64,000 nucleotides of DNA from Lytechinus pictus (GCF_037042905.1 NC_087251.1:48486001-48550000); one strand, 5' to 3'; counted from the stretch's first letter, positions 15,701-31,742 are shown. Numbers and translations are program-made. Notes: generated by a model not told the origin, from the letters alone.

Positions 15701-17080
15701 TTCAATTTTTTTTTCAAAGCAAGGATGAATTAATGGGACATTTATAGTTATCTCGAAATTACCTGTTTAATCTTTGCTCGTGTAAGCATTTAACTCTGCA
15801 TCAATGAAGTAATGAACTTCAAATAAGAGTGAAAGTAATTACGGTTGTACACAAATTATTCAAACAGAATGCATGCACAGTGAATATCGAAGAAATACGT
15901 GTATTGTAATGGGAGTTAGGCCTACTAATATAAACTATAATTGATGTTGAAGCTCACAATTTATATTTCTACACATCATAATGTTCAAGGGGACCATGAA
16001 TATATTTTTTTCCCATTTCTTAAGTTTTTCATATTTTGAAATAATAAGTCATCATTTTTAGCTACAAAAATAATTTCTCTCAAAAAGGCAATGACCGTTA
16101 TACTATACCCGTCAGCAGAAAAATCTCCTCCAAATAAAATATATATTTGTTGTCATCTCAAATTGTTATATTTATTCAAATTACTATCGGTTTCACTATG
16201 GTGGACGATGGATACAACCGCCAAAGAAATATTGCCAAATCATTTCAACTCGTTGTTAATTTGCACGTTCTTATCCTCGTGTTTTCAGTTATGGACACCC
16301 CCGGTGGACACCACGCAGTTGAACAATTATAATTACGAAGTGTTTGCTATTAAAGAAAGCCATACAAAAAACATGATGAGTCTATATCTCTGATGTGAAC
16401 AGTCGTACTAAATTAACCCAACCAAAACAGCTGATTGTTGTCAAGAGTTTGTCATGTTCTTTGTTCTGCGGTTATTAACCTTATTACAGTTCCCCATATT
16501 CACATCTACTTTAGATGATGCCATATAAAAAACGGCAATCGTCAATTTTCTAGGAAATCGGATTGAAGAACATCTTCTAGACCAAGGCACATAGCTAAGA
16601 TTGATGGCAATTTCATGCCTACACAATACTATATACATTTGACAAGACAAGGGATCATATCAATTATGATTTAAAAAATGGTTATAGTTAATTTCCTGTC
16701 GCCGAAACTACGCAAGGATTGGTGAATTAAGAGAAAATTATTTTCAAATTTTCCATTTTAGGAACATATACCTGATATTAATTTGCCATACATTTACATG
16801 AATGCACTGGCAACATATTGAACATTCTCTATTATTTGTCCACTCTTCATCAGTGCATGCAGAAGATTTTTTTTTTCAGTTTTAAACAACCGTTCTTTTT
16901 TTTCCACTAACGACTGGCGGCAGGGCCGTAGCTAGAGGGGGGGGTATGGGGGGGTGTGACACCCCCCCAACATTCATGGCAGTCGGCAAAATCATGTACC
17001 AGTTGGCAAAATGGAGGATAGGGGAGAAAAAGAAAGAGGGAAAGAAAGGAAGAAAAAAAAGAAAGGAGAGAAGGGGAGAG

Positions 17081-17190
<110 letters not shown>

Positions 17191-17465
17191 AAAAAAGGAA
17201 AGAAAAATAGAGGTATCAACTTCGAAGAAGGTTACGACTTATGGAGTAAAGACAACCAGTTGGCAAATCCAAGTCCATGTAGCCAGGCTTAGAGTCCTAC
17301 TAGTCAGCAAAATACAAAGGACAAAACAGATGGAGCTATAATAACGCACAAAGTAAGCCCCCGGTCCTCCCCTAATATAAACAAGCTTGTGAGTTTGCAA
17401 ATTATACCACAATTATTGACGATTTAACAAACACATTAGTTTTGTACAGGGAGCCGTTTTGTGGA

Positions 17466-17826
17466 GGAGCCGTGGTGTAGTGGTTCTGACTCTCGCCTTG
17501 TAAACAGAGGGTCGTGTGTTCGAATCCCACCGCGGTCTGGCGTCCTTTGGCAAGGCGTTAATCCACACTTTGCCACTCTCGACCCAGGTGCTAAATTGGT
17601 ACCCGGTAGGATGTGAAAGTCATTGTAGCTTGTCCAGTACTGTGTGCGCCTCACCGGCGACTGACTGGAATACTCCCCAGGGAGTGGAGGATGTGCACAC
17701 ATTGTGTGCGGGAATGACTGATTGAATCCGATGACCGGGGTAATAATATATCTGTAAAGCGCTTAGACACGTCGTCCGATGTATTAAGCGCTATATAAAA
17801 AACGGATTATTATTATTATTATTATT
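17466..17826 (+). mobile_element. tRNA-derived SINE
   Basis: A box (TGGTGTAGTGG) and B box (GTTCGAATCC) at the 5' end. Body motif CGACCCAGGTG...GGTACC is shared with the 34612 copy. (TAT)n tail. Confidence 0.85.
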
Positions 17827-18129
17827 TGTAAAATTAGAGGCAAGACAAAGTGATGTACAAGTACTGCCCCGTTTCAGAACTGAAAAGAACAGAACTCTGC
17901 AGTTGGCAAATTCATGAAGACAAGTGTACAACTTGTAGACTTGTCTACAAGTTTGCAATTGGCAAAAACACAAGTTATTATTGTTTTGTGTAGTGATATA
18001 TGCTCTTTTCATGAATATATACTTGAAGTGACTGGCCCCTTTCCAGTCTGTGTTTACGTTTGCATTGGTGTGGACCGATATAGGTACCGGGCTGGTGTTA
18101 AATCAACACCAGCGTTTTTTTTTGCAGTG

Positions 18130-18810
18130 CACAAATTCCTAAAGACAGTCCTTAAAATGTCCCTTTTTCTGATCTAATTATAACAAATTTTCAGCTCGCA
18201 CTTAGCGCTCGCATCACTTGATTAGTGAAATAGTAAATTCCTACAAACAAGCCATAGAATGCCCCTCTTCAGGTCTAAATTTCAAAAATTGTCAACTCGC
18301 GCTTCTGGGCCGCAATATTTCATTAGTGAAATACGTATCATGTTCATGATTACAATGACCACAAAAAGTGCTTCATGTGCTTAGTTGTGATTATAACAAA
18401 ATCAGCAAGCGCTTGGCGCTCGCATTAGATGACTATGATGAAATACGTACGCACTTCATGAATTCCAAAAGATAGTCCTTAAAATGTCCCTTTTTAGGGT
18501 CAAGTTATACAAAAAATTTCCGCTCGCGCTTCGCGCTCGCATTGTTTGTTTTGTGAGACAGGTACATATCATGATTACAAAACTTTGCTTATAATGTCCC
18601 TTTTTAGGACTGAATATCAAACATTTTCAGCTCGCGCTTCGCGCTCGCATTATTTGATCACTAAGATACATATCCGTTTAATTGCATAGTCCTTAAAGTG
18701 TCTCTATTAGGTCAGTATACCTGGCAATTGAGCGCGCTTCGCGCGCCCACTTAATGACTCAAAATTTTTGCTGCCCCCCCCCCAATGCCGCGACCCACGG
18801 TACGCCACTA
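18130..18810. mobile_element. Fragment of GCGCTTCGCGCTCGC-motif DNA-transposon family
   Basis: Recurrent CTCGCGCTTCGCGCTCGCAT sub-repeats. Terminus GGTACGCCACTA resembles the CAGTGGCGTA TIR of the 41873 element. Left end not found. Confidence 0.6.
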
Positions 18811-19711
18811 TTAGCAGTAGCACTCTTGAAATTTTAGTTGAGTGTCTTGCACAGAAGGTCAATTAAAAATTAAAAAATCTTTGATTTTGATATTATTAAT
18901 GCATAGGGTATATAATTATACTGCAAGTTAGCAACTACGGCACACTAGCCTTTCTATTTTGATCCAAAATTTTTATTTTTACAGTGCAAATATCTTTGTA
19001 TATCTTTGTATAATTTACCTTAAAGTATTCACCAAATGCCACTAATTTAATTATAAAAATTCAAAATCTTTTGGCATGTGATTATTGTAGGGGGGGGGGG
19101 GGCACATCCCCCATCAGACTCCCCCTGTGCTCACGTTGGTGCGATCACGCCAAATTTAGTTGGCAAATTTAGCTGGTACACCCCCCCAACAAAATGCTTC
19201 TGGCTACGGCCCTGACTGGCGGCATTCTTCCGTTAACCCCTTTCCGATATTATGCGCGGCTTTCAGTCAGATATACAGGGAGCGCTGGTGCATGCAACAG
19301 ACGTGGTCACGATGCATCGCTCTTAGCAGCCCGGGAGCGCTGGTCTTGAACGGATAACCGATGAGAAGTTAAATGGAAAGAAATATGTTCTACGCACCGC
19401 CAGTTAAGCGATAAGATTCTACATTTATAAGATCCACAGTGGGGAGAGATAAAGTGTAGAAAGGGGTTGTTTATGGCATATGGACCACCCGTTGATAAAC
19501 TATGCATAGGCAATTTCACACATATAAAATAGATGTACCATAATTTTCTACAGTTCGGTCTTTAAAGGATTATTATAATAAATGTGCAATGTTTATATTT
19601 TGGGGGAAATGCATGATGCACTATTTTTTAAAGACGCAAGCCTTTTTCCTTCACATGGTGCTTTTGCATTTAGAACATTTCAATAATTGAGGCAGTTTTG
19701 TCAATGTACAG

Positions 19712-19873
19712 TGGGCCGTTTCCTAGGAGATACAACAAATGGTAACTTTGCCGTTATGAAGAATTCCATGGTAACGGGGCTCATTAGCCAATGACAATCA
19801 AAGTTTCCACGGTAGTTACAATAATGGCAAAGGTACTACAGTTGTACATGCAAGTCTTTCTGAAACGGGTCCA
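19712..19873. mobile_element. Short degenerate palindromic MITE
   Basis: TGGGCCGTTTC...GAAACGGGTCCA termini with internal symmetry (ACAAC/GTTGT, CTTTGCC/GGCAAAG). Confidence 0.55.
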
Positions 19874-22800
19874 ATATTAGTAGATGGTTGTTTTTCGCAA
19901 ATGTTGTGATCGTCGGTAGATCTGTAAAAAAAAAACTATTTCTCAAACGCTATACATAACTATACCTGACTCAACAATTTGATAAATGTGAACCACAGAA
20001 CAACATTTCGATGCTTGAACATGGTTCCACATTTCACCCATTCATGCTGAAAATCATGTCTTATATCATAGCTAAATGTTTCTTAGGCCTAAGTGAATTT
20101 CTGCTCTGGATACAATCGCAAAGATCGGCCAACGCAGTCACATTTTGTACACTTTTAGTGGGTTATGAAAACCTTTGCTGGCATGGTTGGAAGTCGGAAA
20201 CCTGAGTACGCTTTCATTGCATTTCTTGTATGAAGAAAAAAAACATGGATATCATCCATCATGCTGCCGAAAGTGTATCATTGAGAAACTCAATTGACGG
20301 AATAAGTAGGGAAATGAGATGGCATTGCAATCTCGACTACCCATATTTCATTGACTTCCTCCTCCAGAAATGGAAAATACGCGTATTGAATTATGAATGA
20401 GAATTGATCCCTGCAGCATGTAGCGCGCCCCCAAATAAATGGATAAATCCACTTTGTTAGGGTGAAAACGCTGTAGCTATAACGATTGAATTTTTATTTG
20501 ATGGAACCTAATGCTATCAATTTTCCCTCTTTCAACTAGCCCCCCTCTCTCTCTCTCTCCCCCTCCCTCACCCCCTCCTTCTCAACCCCCCTTTCTCAAA
20601 ATATTTCTTCATTTCTCTTTCTCCGCCGTTTTCAAAATTGTTCATGTATTTTTATTTATCTCCTTTATTATGTATTTCCACGTCTCTCCATATAGCTGTT
20701 ATTCATATTATGGATATATATTAGTAAACGTATTTTTTTATAGCCTTCTGTGACATCAGGCATGATAATTTTTAAATTCACTTAGAGCTCTTTCATTCTA
20801 AAGATTTCATCTTTTGAAATGAATGAAATAACGGGCGAGATTGCTCCATTCTGCTTATGCAAAATCATATCTTGCATTGTTCCGCTCTTTGAAATATTTT
20901 TGTCCTATTCTCCCTCTCTAGCTCCCCCTATCTCTCTCCCTCTTCTCTCTCCAAAAGAGTAGGACGTAATCCACATTGATTACGTCATACAATGTACCTG
21001 TAATCTTTGGACCTTATATAGCCCACGTGACCTTTCGGCGGTCTGTGTTATATGGTCGTGACTCAGTCAATCAAAATAAAATGCAAAAATGGCGAATGAG
21101 GATGGAATGTGGTGACTCATTTGGCTCCTTCAAAATGGACTGAAAGATATAAATAAATGAAGCAGACACTCATTTAATACATCAGCTGTCTCGTCTTGAT
21201 GGAATATGATTGTGTATGCAATTACCTGATTTATTTTGAGATAGAGAGATCTTTAAATGGATTTCAAACGTGCTTCGTGAATGAAAGAAGTACTTGCTTT
21301 TTAAACATCGAACAAATATTTTGTTTTTTCGAAGATGCTTTTTAAAGGTAAAACAACCGCGCATACCTTACAGCAGAAACACGATTCTCGTCCTTTTTCG
21401 TGTCTAAAACTATCGCTTTTTAATTTCTAAGAGTTTGATATTTAAGAAATAGAATTCAATTAAATATTTCCAATTCATTAAAACAAGATGACAATAGCAA
21501 TTAAAATATAAATGAATACAATGACAGTGTTGTTGGGAAATAATTATAACAATATATTTATAGCAAATTGGAAGATAGATAAATGGAAAATATGAATGCA
21601 CTAAAAACCAAGAGAGAAATTATTAAACGCAGACACCAAAGGTAAATTTGATATCAATCAATCAAATACCATTATTCTATTCGCGTGTGGAGAACATTCT
21701 ATTAATAGAAAATTGATCAAAAAGAATAAGATATTCCTTTGTTCCTTGGGGAAGTTAACTTTGCTGACAAGAATAGCGAAAAGCCACACAAGTATTTCCT
21801 ATTTATAACCACAGATTAAACAGCAATATTTATCATTGCATATACATATGCTTTCCTTCCATGCGGTTGTCTTAGTGTGAATTAGTGTGAAGAGAAAAAA
21901 AATTATTGAGGCGTAAAAAGTATGAAAAAAGTAGAGAAGCAGAGAAAATAGAAGATGGCTATATAGATTGATAGCGAGCAAGAAAACATGCGTATTCACG
22001 TGTGCGTGTTTGAGTGTTTTGGGAGGGTGTGCGTTTGTGCTCGAGAGTGATTGAAAATGTGCGTGTGTGACAAAAAGATAACACAAATGCTTTTTCTTTT
22101 ATACAGATAGAACGAGGCAGAGAGAAAGAGAGAGAGAGGGGGGGGGGCAAAGAGAGATAGAGATTTAAGAAGTGGGAGGTTCGAAAAGACGAATGCAATT
22201 AGCGGGTAGATTCCCACTGTAAGGCCAAAGTTTGTGTTCCGTCTTTCGTAATATTAAGTGCATACTCCACATGCAAGGCGAAATACTCCCAGTCAATGTC
22301 CCCTTCTTCTGGGCAAATGAAATCTAATGACAGTCCAAACAGTCCGATGTGTTTGGTGAAGGAAAAAAAACGAAGGCCTCTGAAAAAAAAGAAAGGTCTG
22401 CGTTTGATTAATCAGCAGATGACGGTGGAATAATTTTTCAATTATAGGAGAAGTGATTAGGCTGTTTGCATACAAATACAGCGACTATATAGCTTCTATG
22501 CGAATGACATAAAACAAAAAGTCACATTGTTTGCCCAGTCTCTGTCGCTATGTTCAATCTTGGACTCATTTCGATAGCAACGGTATAGAAGAAGTAAAAA
22601 AACACTGGATGACATGGAAATTTTACTTTCACAAAAATGAATTAGCTTAATGATTCTGATTATTTATCTCATGTCATTCAACATGAATTTTTTTTTTAAC
22701 AGTAATTTCTGTTTGGAAAATATTAAAAATAAATGGTTTTAATATACCAATCTTAAACACTATTTTTTATAGACCCATGGAAAAAACAATAAAAAGTCAG

Positions 22801-24578
22801 TCAATGTAAAAACCAATACTCTTTTCACGGCTATAAAATGATTCGCTTAAATTTGTATAAAATAAGTTTATGAGAAAAAGTAATTGCATTTTGCCCTCCG
22901 CTATATATCGATGCATCAAAACTTCACATGCATGAAATAGAAGATAAATTACACATTATTGGATGGGCTGGTGCTATTCAATTTTTATAATTCTATCCGT
23001 TGATAAGGCAAAAACCTATGCTTAATCTGCATTCTATCTATGTAACATGAATAAAATGGTTACCAGTACAATATATATTTCAATCATTTGGATCGTTCTC
23101 ATGCACAAAACATATACATAGTACATACATTTGGGAGTTACGAATTGTTCTCCAATTAGCATATCTGACCAAAAAATCATTGTTAACTGTGTCTACCGAC
23201 CGTCATATTGTCTGCTTATTTATTAGATTAGACCTATCCATTTTTACAAAATGAATTGCCATATTAAGACGATTTCATGTAATTTTATATTTCTTTTGGT
23301 GGATATATTATATTGTATGTAAACAATTTGACAGAATTAATGGTCTTGCAATGGAAATGAATAATTTTCATTCTTTTTCTATCAAATTAAACCTTTCATT
23401 TGATATATTTTGGGGGAATTTTTTTTCCAGATGATTTTCCAGACAGAGTATGATTTATTGTTTACTACCTGGGAGATGAAGAAAATACTAATATCCTGCA
23501 AGGGAACACAGCTACATGTTACTGTAAATATTCCATGATCAATGTCATACTGTAATTTTGGTTAAACCAAAACCAACCAAAATATTTTCGTTTTTTGTTT
23601 ATGTTCATGCCATTATGCGTTTTGATTTTTTTTTCGTATATAAAGATTCAATGAGCCCATCACATATCAAAATAGAATGTTCCGATTTATCTACCGCATG
23701 TTTCAACGAGAGAAGGGGATGTAGGAAACACTCGCGGTAAAAAGTCAGTCCACTGACAAATGCGTACTAAGTTACGTAAAAGATATGTTGTAGCTTTACT
23801 AATTCACTCATGAAGAGATTAATAAATCTTAGTGGAATTAATATTCAAGGATTGAATAAAACAAAATAGGAGTTGCAAATGCGCGACGTCTGAACAGATT
23901 CATGTTTAATCCGCCTTTTCTCAAATAACACATGTTCATGAATCCTCGGTGTTTTCTGTACCCTTTTATCATTCCATGCGGAAAATAGAAAATGAAAACG
24001 ACGTATAAGAAAACCCTATAAGAGCCGGCGATTTACAATACAAGTGAATAAATTGATAAGGTAATCCAGTGCGATTCATCACTCTCCGGCGTGAGATCCT
24101 CACGAATATTTCTCACCGATTTGTTGTCTACGTCTTAAGTTGCTAAGCAACCGCGCTACGGTCTCTTGTTTCAGATTTCTCCCCCTCACGTGCACTTTTC
24201 CTGTTTTCCCTCCCTGTCCTCTCCTCTGAAATGCAATATCACCTAGACGAGTGGATTATTACGAGCCTGTCATAGAGGAAAGAAAGATACGAAATACACT
24301 TGAACAGAAATTGATTGATAGTGGATGATATAACAAGTCACAAAAGACACGACCATGAATTCATGCATATGCGACCTCGCCATATCCCTCTCTCGCCTAC
24401 GTATAATAAATTCACTTACAATAATTCTTGATCCCATTACGAATTTTAGCGGAATGTATAATTGTCCGGCTGAATTAGTACAATGGAACTCTAATTCGAT
24501 TTCGTTTAAGGAGATTTGTGTTAAAATACGCCCAGAGATGCTGAAGGCCAAAGTGCTCAATGTAAAACTGGATGCGAT

Positions 24579-24713
24579 CAGGGCCCCGTATCACAAAGCT
24601 TAGCAATGATCGTATAACAAATTTTAACGATTGATTGCATTGACTAGAATGTACAATCAATCGTAAAAATCAAGCGTATGATTGATCGTTAAGCTTTGTG
24701 TTACGGAGCCCTG
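24579..24713. mobile_element. Short palindromic MITE
   Basis: CAGGGCCCCGTATCACAAAGCTTAGC...GTTAAGCTTTGTGTTACGGAGCCCTG inverted ends. Confidence 0.75.
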
Positions 24714-27700
24714 GTCAAGTGATAGTGTTTACAGACCAACGATTTAATTGAAATCAGTGGAGTAAAACAATAAATAAACATTAAAAATAAAAATCAACAT
24801 TTTGGCTTGAAACACAAGCAAAACCAAATAAATAAATAAATAGCACCTGATTTCAACTTTAAATTCAAATTTGAGTTTGAAGATTACCCTGTAAACCATT
24901 GAAATAGTCTGCCTAATATTAATTTTATGGAGTATTATTTATTATTATTATTATTATATTACTTTATCATTTTTCCTTTTTACTTAAAAAAATGTTGATA
25001 TGAGTCCCAGGCCTCCACTGGACATGAAATCACTACAATGTTCATAAAATTTTGAACATTTTTATATTAAATTCCATGCAACTTCCATGTAGCTCAGTGG
25101 ACTTGTCCTTCAATGCTAATGCCTTCAAAATGTGTATTCAATCGAATGACCGATTCAAACTTGGAGAAATTAACAAATATTTTGTTCTCTGAAATCAGGA
25201 CTATAAAGGCCATAAATAGGCAAAGTTATAATTAACTTTTAGTTTGAAAAAGTTTCCAAGCTTTATAAGAGAATACTGCGTGTGTTTTGCTATCATCAGG
25301 AGATATCGTAACTTACCAAAGGCAGCTTAGATATTAACCAGATTTTCTATAATTCGTCCTTCCCTTTTCCTGCATTGCTTGATCATGTGAATAGCTTCAT
25401 CATAATTTGAAATACCCCTCCCCCACATCTCTGAGTATATACCCACTCTCCTTTTGTCACTTATGAAATATTCCCTTTCCATCCAATCGTCCCGGCTGAG
25501 AAATGAGTTTGCCTCGAGGCTGTGTATTCAGGGAGCGAGTAGTGACGGGCAGATAACATTTTCATGTCTCCTCTTCGAAAGCCGCGGAAATATTACATTA
25601 TTTGATAGATGTTTTATTGGATGCTCGAATGAAGGGGGAAAAAACCTAACCACCGAGTGGTGACGGATGGTATGATAACACCACGCATTTCCCGAGATTT
25701 ATAACCCCTTCCCATTACATGGGACATGATTTCTGATGAACTTGGACATGGCAAAATTCAACAGTCACACCAACTCGAAACCGACCGATAATTTGTGATT
25801 GGAAACAACGTCATACATTTGGTCATTCTGAGGCGGTTTCGCAAATGTGACAGTGTCGTTCTTCTTGAAGCGCCACGAAAGAAAGCAAATATTAGGACAT
25901 TGAACATGCTCCACAAAAAGAGTAATGTTCTACACGAATGCACGGTACATGTGCTGTTTAGTAATGAGAACCTGAAACGGAAATCAGATGAATCTGTTGC
26001 TGTTTTCTCTTGAGTTGTTGTAGCATTACCGCTATGGCATTATTAAACAAAATTGTGTACACGTTTCAGCAATATATGTACAAAATGTACATTTCGGAAT
26101 TAAAGATCTCTCGTCCATCAAAATTAATGATATGCCTAAATGCTTTTTAAAGGAAGATAACATTTTATACATGATCATAATATTCTTTATCGGAAATACG
26201 GACATGTTGCTTATAAATCGATTTTTTATTCATTATCTTTAGATTCCAGCCACTTTTATACAGGCTTTCGATCAATTCCCATTGATACTAATGTTTTTCT
26301 CAATAGATTATTCCTCCTATATGAATGTAAAAATATGTCCTTAGCTTGAGCTATCCTGATTTAAAATCTGACAACCCAAAAAAATATACAGTTATTTAGC
26401 GGTCATTGCATTCGTCGGACAAAATTGCATTTGTGTATATAAACAAAAATCAATTTCATGTAAAATCTTTACAAAAGTCATGTCTCGGTATGAAATTTGG
26501 TTTTTCAGTACACATGTAGTTGGCATAACATGGAGAGCTTTTGTGAATAACCCGGAACTGGAATTGTTTGTGATTTTTCTGATCTATATGCTATAGGATT
26601 ATTTGTATATTGGTCCTTATTATTATGTCACAGCCACACCAAATGAAACCCATTCTAAATCAATTGATGGTATATTACTTAAAATAAAAGTAACTTAACT
26701 TTCATCGTTCTGATATCATTTTATTAGTATGACTGATGCATTGTTCAGACAGCTTTACAGACAAATATTGACTCGATTGATTTTTCTGTCTTTACAGACT
26801 TTCTATCCCCACTTTTTAATCATTTCTTGTCATGATTCGATCTTTTACAGTTTTTTGTGGTTATTCTTTAAGCTAGCTCTATTTTCTAAAAGGAAATAAT
26901 GACAAAATAAATATAGTAAAATTCATTCACAACGTACGATTAAAATTTTCTTATCTAAACAGCATAAGAATAATGAAAAGGCAGCAAAGATATGGAAGTA
27001 ACGAAATTTGTTTTAAATTCTCCATTACCTAAGGTAAAGTCATTTAAAAAGAACTTTCAAAGTTTATATGATTCAATTAAAGCTCATCAAATATCAATTA
27101 TAAATAAGGTCTAGTTAAGTGGTCTATGAAATATTGTTGATAAAATGTTAAATTTTGTTGATAATTTTATGAGTGTTGCTGAAATATTAAAACAAATATT
27201 TGATTCAGATATGAACTAGGGAATTTCATATTTCGAAATGACAGATATTATTGTTATCAACTTGTCTATGACCATGGAGGTACAGAGTAAAACTCCTTGC
27301 TGTGGCAAAAATAATGAATAAATAACGTACCCATTTATATTCTGGAAGAGAACAATCATCTTGAAATTCTAGTTACTTGAACATTTTGACATCGTTTGAA
27401 GCATCTTTTAATACGTTTGTAGCATGTAGTCTTGGAGCTCGTTACATACGACCTTACCAAATCACTTTAAATAACGTGCATTGCGTCATATTATGGTGTA
27501 TTGGAAACTAGATAGGCATAATTATGAAGAAAGTAAGAGGTGCTTGTATTTTATTCATGCTTTGAGGGACGTACAGAAGATAATTTCTTTCGTGGTTAAG
27601 TAATTTACGATGTCATTCTACAATAGCTCTGATATAACGCGAGATAGAGGCCAGGGCTGATACTGCTTCAGCCTTCAGCTAGCAATTACTTCTCTATTTT

Positions 27701-28058
27701 GTTGTAATAGGAAAGATGAGTCGTGTCGAGTGAAATATATATATATTTTCAAGTGGTGTAGAAGTCTGGATATGTCGAATTAAGATATCTGTTTCGATCT
27801 TGATCTTTCTTTTCTTCCCTTTTTTGCTTAATTTTTTGTTTCTTTCTTCTTTCTCCTCCCCGTTCTTCGTAAATGCTCATTCTCTCTGTTGCTGTTAGTG
27901 ATATTGTTGTTGATGTCGTTGTTCTATTGCTCCTGCATTTCTCTTTCTTTCTCCCTTTGTTCTTATATTTAAAGATATACATATACGCCATCTAGGAATG
28001 TTTGAATTTGTATTATCTTCCACTTTATTGTAATATAGGCCTATCCCCCAATCCGACA

Positions 28059-28337
28059 CACTGTTAGAAAATCTATCCTTAAAATGAAAGAAGTTCCTGC
28101 AGCAGAGTCTCGAGAACACCTGAAATCTTACCAGATTGTGTAATCTTACAGGAAATTGGTATTTGGTGTATGGAATCTTCAAATTTCCTTGAATAAAACA
28201 CCCTTTTCCCCTTTTTAAACAGACCTGTTCTGTTAAATTGCAGAAAAATTCCTGTTCATGAATTTACAGAATGATTCTGTTATTGCTTTCTGCAAAATCT
28301 TCGTTTTTTCTGTAAAATCACGGGTTTTTTAACAGTG
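28059..28337. mobile_element. CACT-terminated MITE
   Basis: CACTGTTAGAAAA...TTTTTTAACAGTG termini, CA dinucleotide on both flanks, internal TTACAG/CTGTAA motifs. Confidence 0.65.
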
Positions 28338-29319
28338 CAGTTATACTTGTTATTTGTTAATGAAATTGGTATCACAACACTTACATCATAACGGAGAAAT
28401 TGAAGGGAAAAGATTAACATGCACATTTGAAAAAACCTATTGTTTTCTGTCTTCTCTTTTGCATCTCCCCCTGTCTGAAACCGTGATATACATGGATGTC
28501 CTCCGAAGCCAACGTTTATGCTCATTCACACCAAAGAAACCGATATCAAACCTACCAATGGTATACCATTCAAAATATCGGAAAAGGAATGTGGAGTCGG
28601 TCTTGTGTGGTGTGGCTGTAGCATTAGGATCCTTGCATTAATCTCCTTCCATTATACGCGTTATACTCCATGGCATTATCCACCTTTTCTCTATTAGTCC
28701 CGGATGTGTGAGGCCTCCAGTCTCCCTCTCTCCCTCCCCTCCTTCTCAGTATTGATCATATTCGTTTCACTTACTTCATTCACATTTTATCCACCTGCGG
28801 CACCAAATAATTTAATACCTCGTTCATCTCTGTCCCCTTCTCCCACTTTCCATTGCCTCTCGCGTGGTTTATGATGGCGTCTCTTCTTCCTCTTCTCATT
28901 CTTTATTCAGCTTACCCTTTCATCCCCACTTGCTCCTTTTTCCTCCCTCGCACTCAACCAGTTTTAATCAGAAATTCAATCCATCTCTTCCTCTCTCTCC
29001 TTTTCTCAATCTCCATCTCTCCTTAACGTTACCCTTTTCCCGCCCCCTCCTAGCACTTATTTTTTTTCTCACATTCTCCTGTCTCTCATAAAATTGTGCT
29101 TCGAATCTTCTTGTGTATATGAAATTAAAAAATATGGTGTAACGATATGAAGAAAGGAATAAATAAACAGAGTGGAGGAAGTGCCGATATGATGATAATT
29201 ATGATGATTATGATGATAATGATAATGATAATATTTACATGGCGCTTAATATATTGCGTCTCTAAGCGCTTTACGTGTACATATTATATTATTATTACTT
29301 TATTATTAAGTATTGGTAT

Positions 29320-29386
<67 letters not shown>

Positions 29387-31088
29387 AGGGTGTGTGTGTG
29401 TGTGATGGTGTGTGTGTGTATATATAATGATAATAATAATAATAATAAATGAATATTATGATATAGAAAGAAAGGGGAGACGGAGAGTGGTAGACCATGA
29501 ATGAAATGACATATATAGCAAGCTTCATGCATCCAAGTTGGATTCCTTCGATTTTTATTTGCTCTTACTTCACTTAACTAATGCACATAGATCCAGAAGA
29601 TTTGAGCATTTTGCTGATCCATGATATCCATTATTCTAACGCTATCCATTGCACAAGCAAAGTAATGAAACGATTGGTTATTCTATGAGAGCAAATTAAA
29701 ACAGTATTAATGTTATTTTCAATAACAATAAGCATGAGGTATTTAACATTGATGTTAAAGTTTATATTAAAAATAGCACTTTTGCTTAATGTTTAAGCAA
29801 TATCTGTTCAGTTCCTATGGTAAACCAGGTGTTATCAATCGTTTTACATTACATGGGTAATCTTACAAAGCTATGACAATGAAGCAAACAAAATAGAAAT
29901 AATAATTTTGCCAGGGATTTTCCCTACAGCTACGTCCCATATAGCCCATAAATAAAATAACTTCTTCAGCAATACTTTTATAGATCTTATGTAGTGATCT
30001 GATATATTTGTTTATGAGATCTTGACTATATGGAGAATAAGGGAAAGACGGGATTTTACGGGCAGAATTTAAAAAATCTTTTAGTAAGAGATTTTGCTTT
30101 ACATAGAGAAATTCATCATGTTACTTATATTCAATCTTTCTAAATTATTTTGATATATGCTTTCATTATGAAAACTTTAGTTTTTTTTACTTCAGCGAAG
30201 TAAAATGTGATAAATCCTTTTGGCCCTTATCAGATTTGATGTACTCTGATAATAGGACGCTCTTTATCAAGACATAAAATAATTTGGATTTGAAATTCAT
30301 TCAAACAACGTCTGCATTATTATAAGCAATATCATGAATTCGATAGGAAAGTACTTTTGTTTTACCGACGAACGTTGAAATAACACTCATATATTTCAAA
30401 TCAGATTGACTTATGTGAATGTTGACGTTAATCTTGTTACAGAAGGTGCGTGTGTTTGTACGTCCTAGTAACCTCTCCGTATATTCATTTCATTTTGACG
30501 GGGCCATTTTATGAGATTCCGTATTTTATTCTTGGCACAACCCGAAGCGACAGGTATTATGAGCCACTGAAACATATTTGACAGGTAATAAGTGCTATTT
30601 ACACTCTCTACTGAGCGAGCCATAACGATAGAGTTAATATTTCAGACCTATATGAGAATACATACTATCGAACAACGATGGAAGTGAAATGAAAAAGTGT
30701 TAAGCAAAGCGTTTTCACCAACCGGTAAACCCGTTAAGTAGATTTGTACGAATCGCGCCAGGGAAAGATTTTAATTTTGATATATAGAATTATTCACCTA
30801 TAATCACACTTAGCATAAAGATCATTTACACGGATCCACTGTCTTTGAACAGAGGACACTAAAAACTAGGTTATACTTCTGGATTCTCGGTAATTGCTTG
30901 CGAAAGTGATATTTTGTTTAAAAAAAGAATTTATCTATGGAGAGAATGTGTGACGTTTTGTATATTGTGCGTGTGTCATTTAATTGATTTATTATTACAT
31001 ATATTATATTAGTATATGTTTAAACAGATTGCTCTGTTGATAAAATCATACGGGAAAGTAAAGTGTGCGTGGGTGTGTGGTCAAGATG

Positions 31089-31742
31089 TATGGCAGTGAG
31101 TCCAAACTTCGCGCGTGTCCATACTTCGCGGACGGTCATTATCTAAAAAAACTAGCCAATATCCTTAAAATCTGACATAATCAACGTGCAAAGCGACCTA
31201 AAATTACCCTTTGATGTAAGTTTCTTTAGGATGAGTTCAGTATTCATGAAAATATTGACAAAAGATCGGCAAATTTGTCACCGTTAGCGCCCGTTTTGAA
31301 GAAATCTGATATTCTCAACAAGCATCACGATATCACGATTTTGCAAGCAGAAATCATCAAAAATGTGAGTTAAATGTGGTATTAACCGATTCTATAGCAT
31401 TTTGCCGTCAATCTGATATAAATATTTCACTTTTTGAGCTTGAGTTTTTGTTTAAATCTCCACAAAAACTTTGGTCCGCGAAGTTAGGTCACACTTTTTC
31501 AGAACGGTTTTTCCAGCACAGCGCGCATTCGCCGATCGGAATAGAATTTTGAGATAGCGAAAACGGCGAAACCCCTTGACCTACTTTACATTTTCGTACA
31601 TGATTTTATAGTTTACGATCTTGCCGTCAATGTGGTAACTATTTCTTGAATTTGTTTTGTATAAATTATGAATATTTTGTGAACAAATTTAAGCCTGATG
31701 AATATTTTTGAAAAGTCCGCGAAATTTGGACACCCCATCATA
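31089..31742. mobile_element. Probable MITE with GTCCAAACTTCGCGGAC terminal motifs
   Basis: Two direct copies of the motif at the left end. Inverted copies at ~31473 and ~31715-31731. Confidence 0.55.
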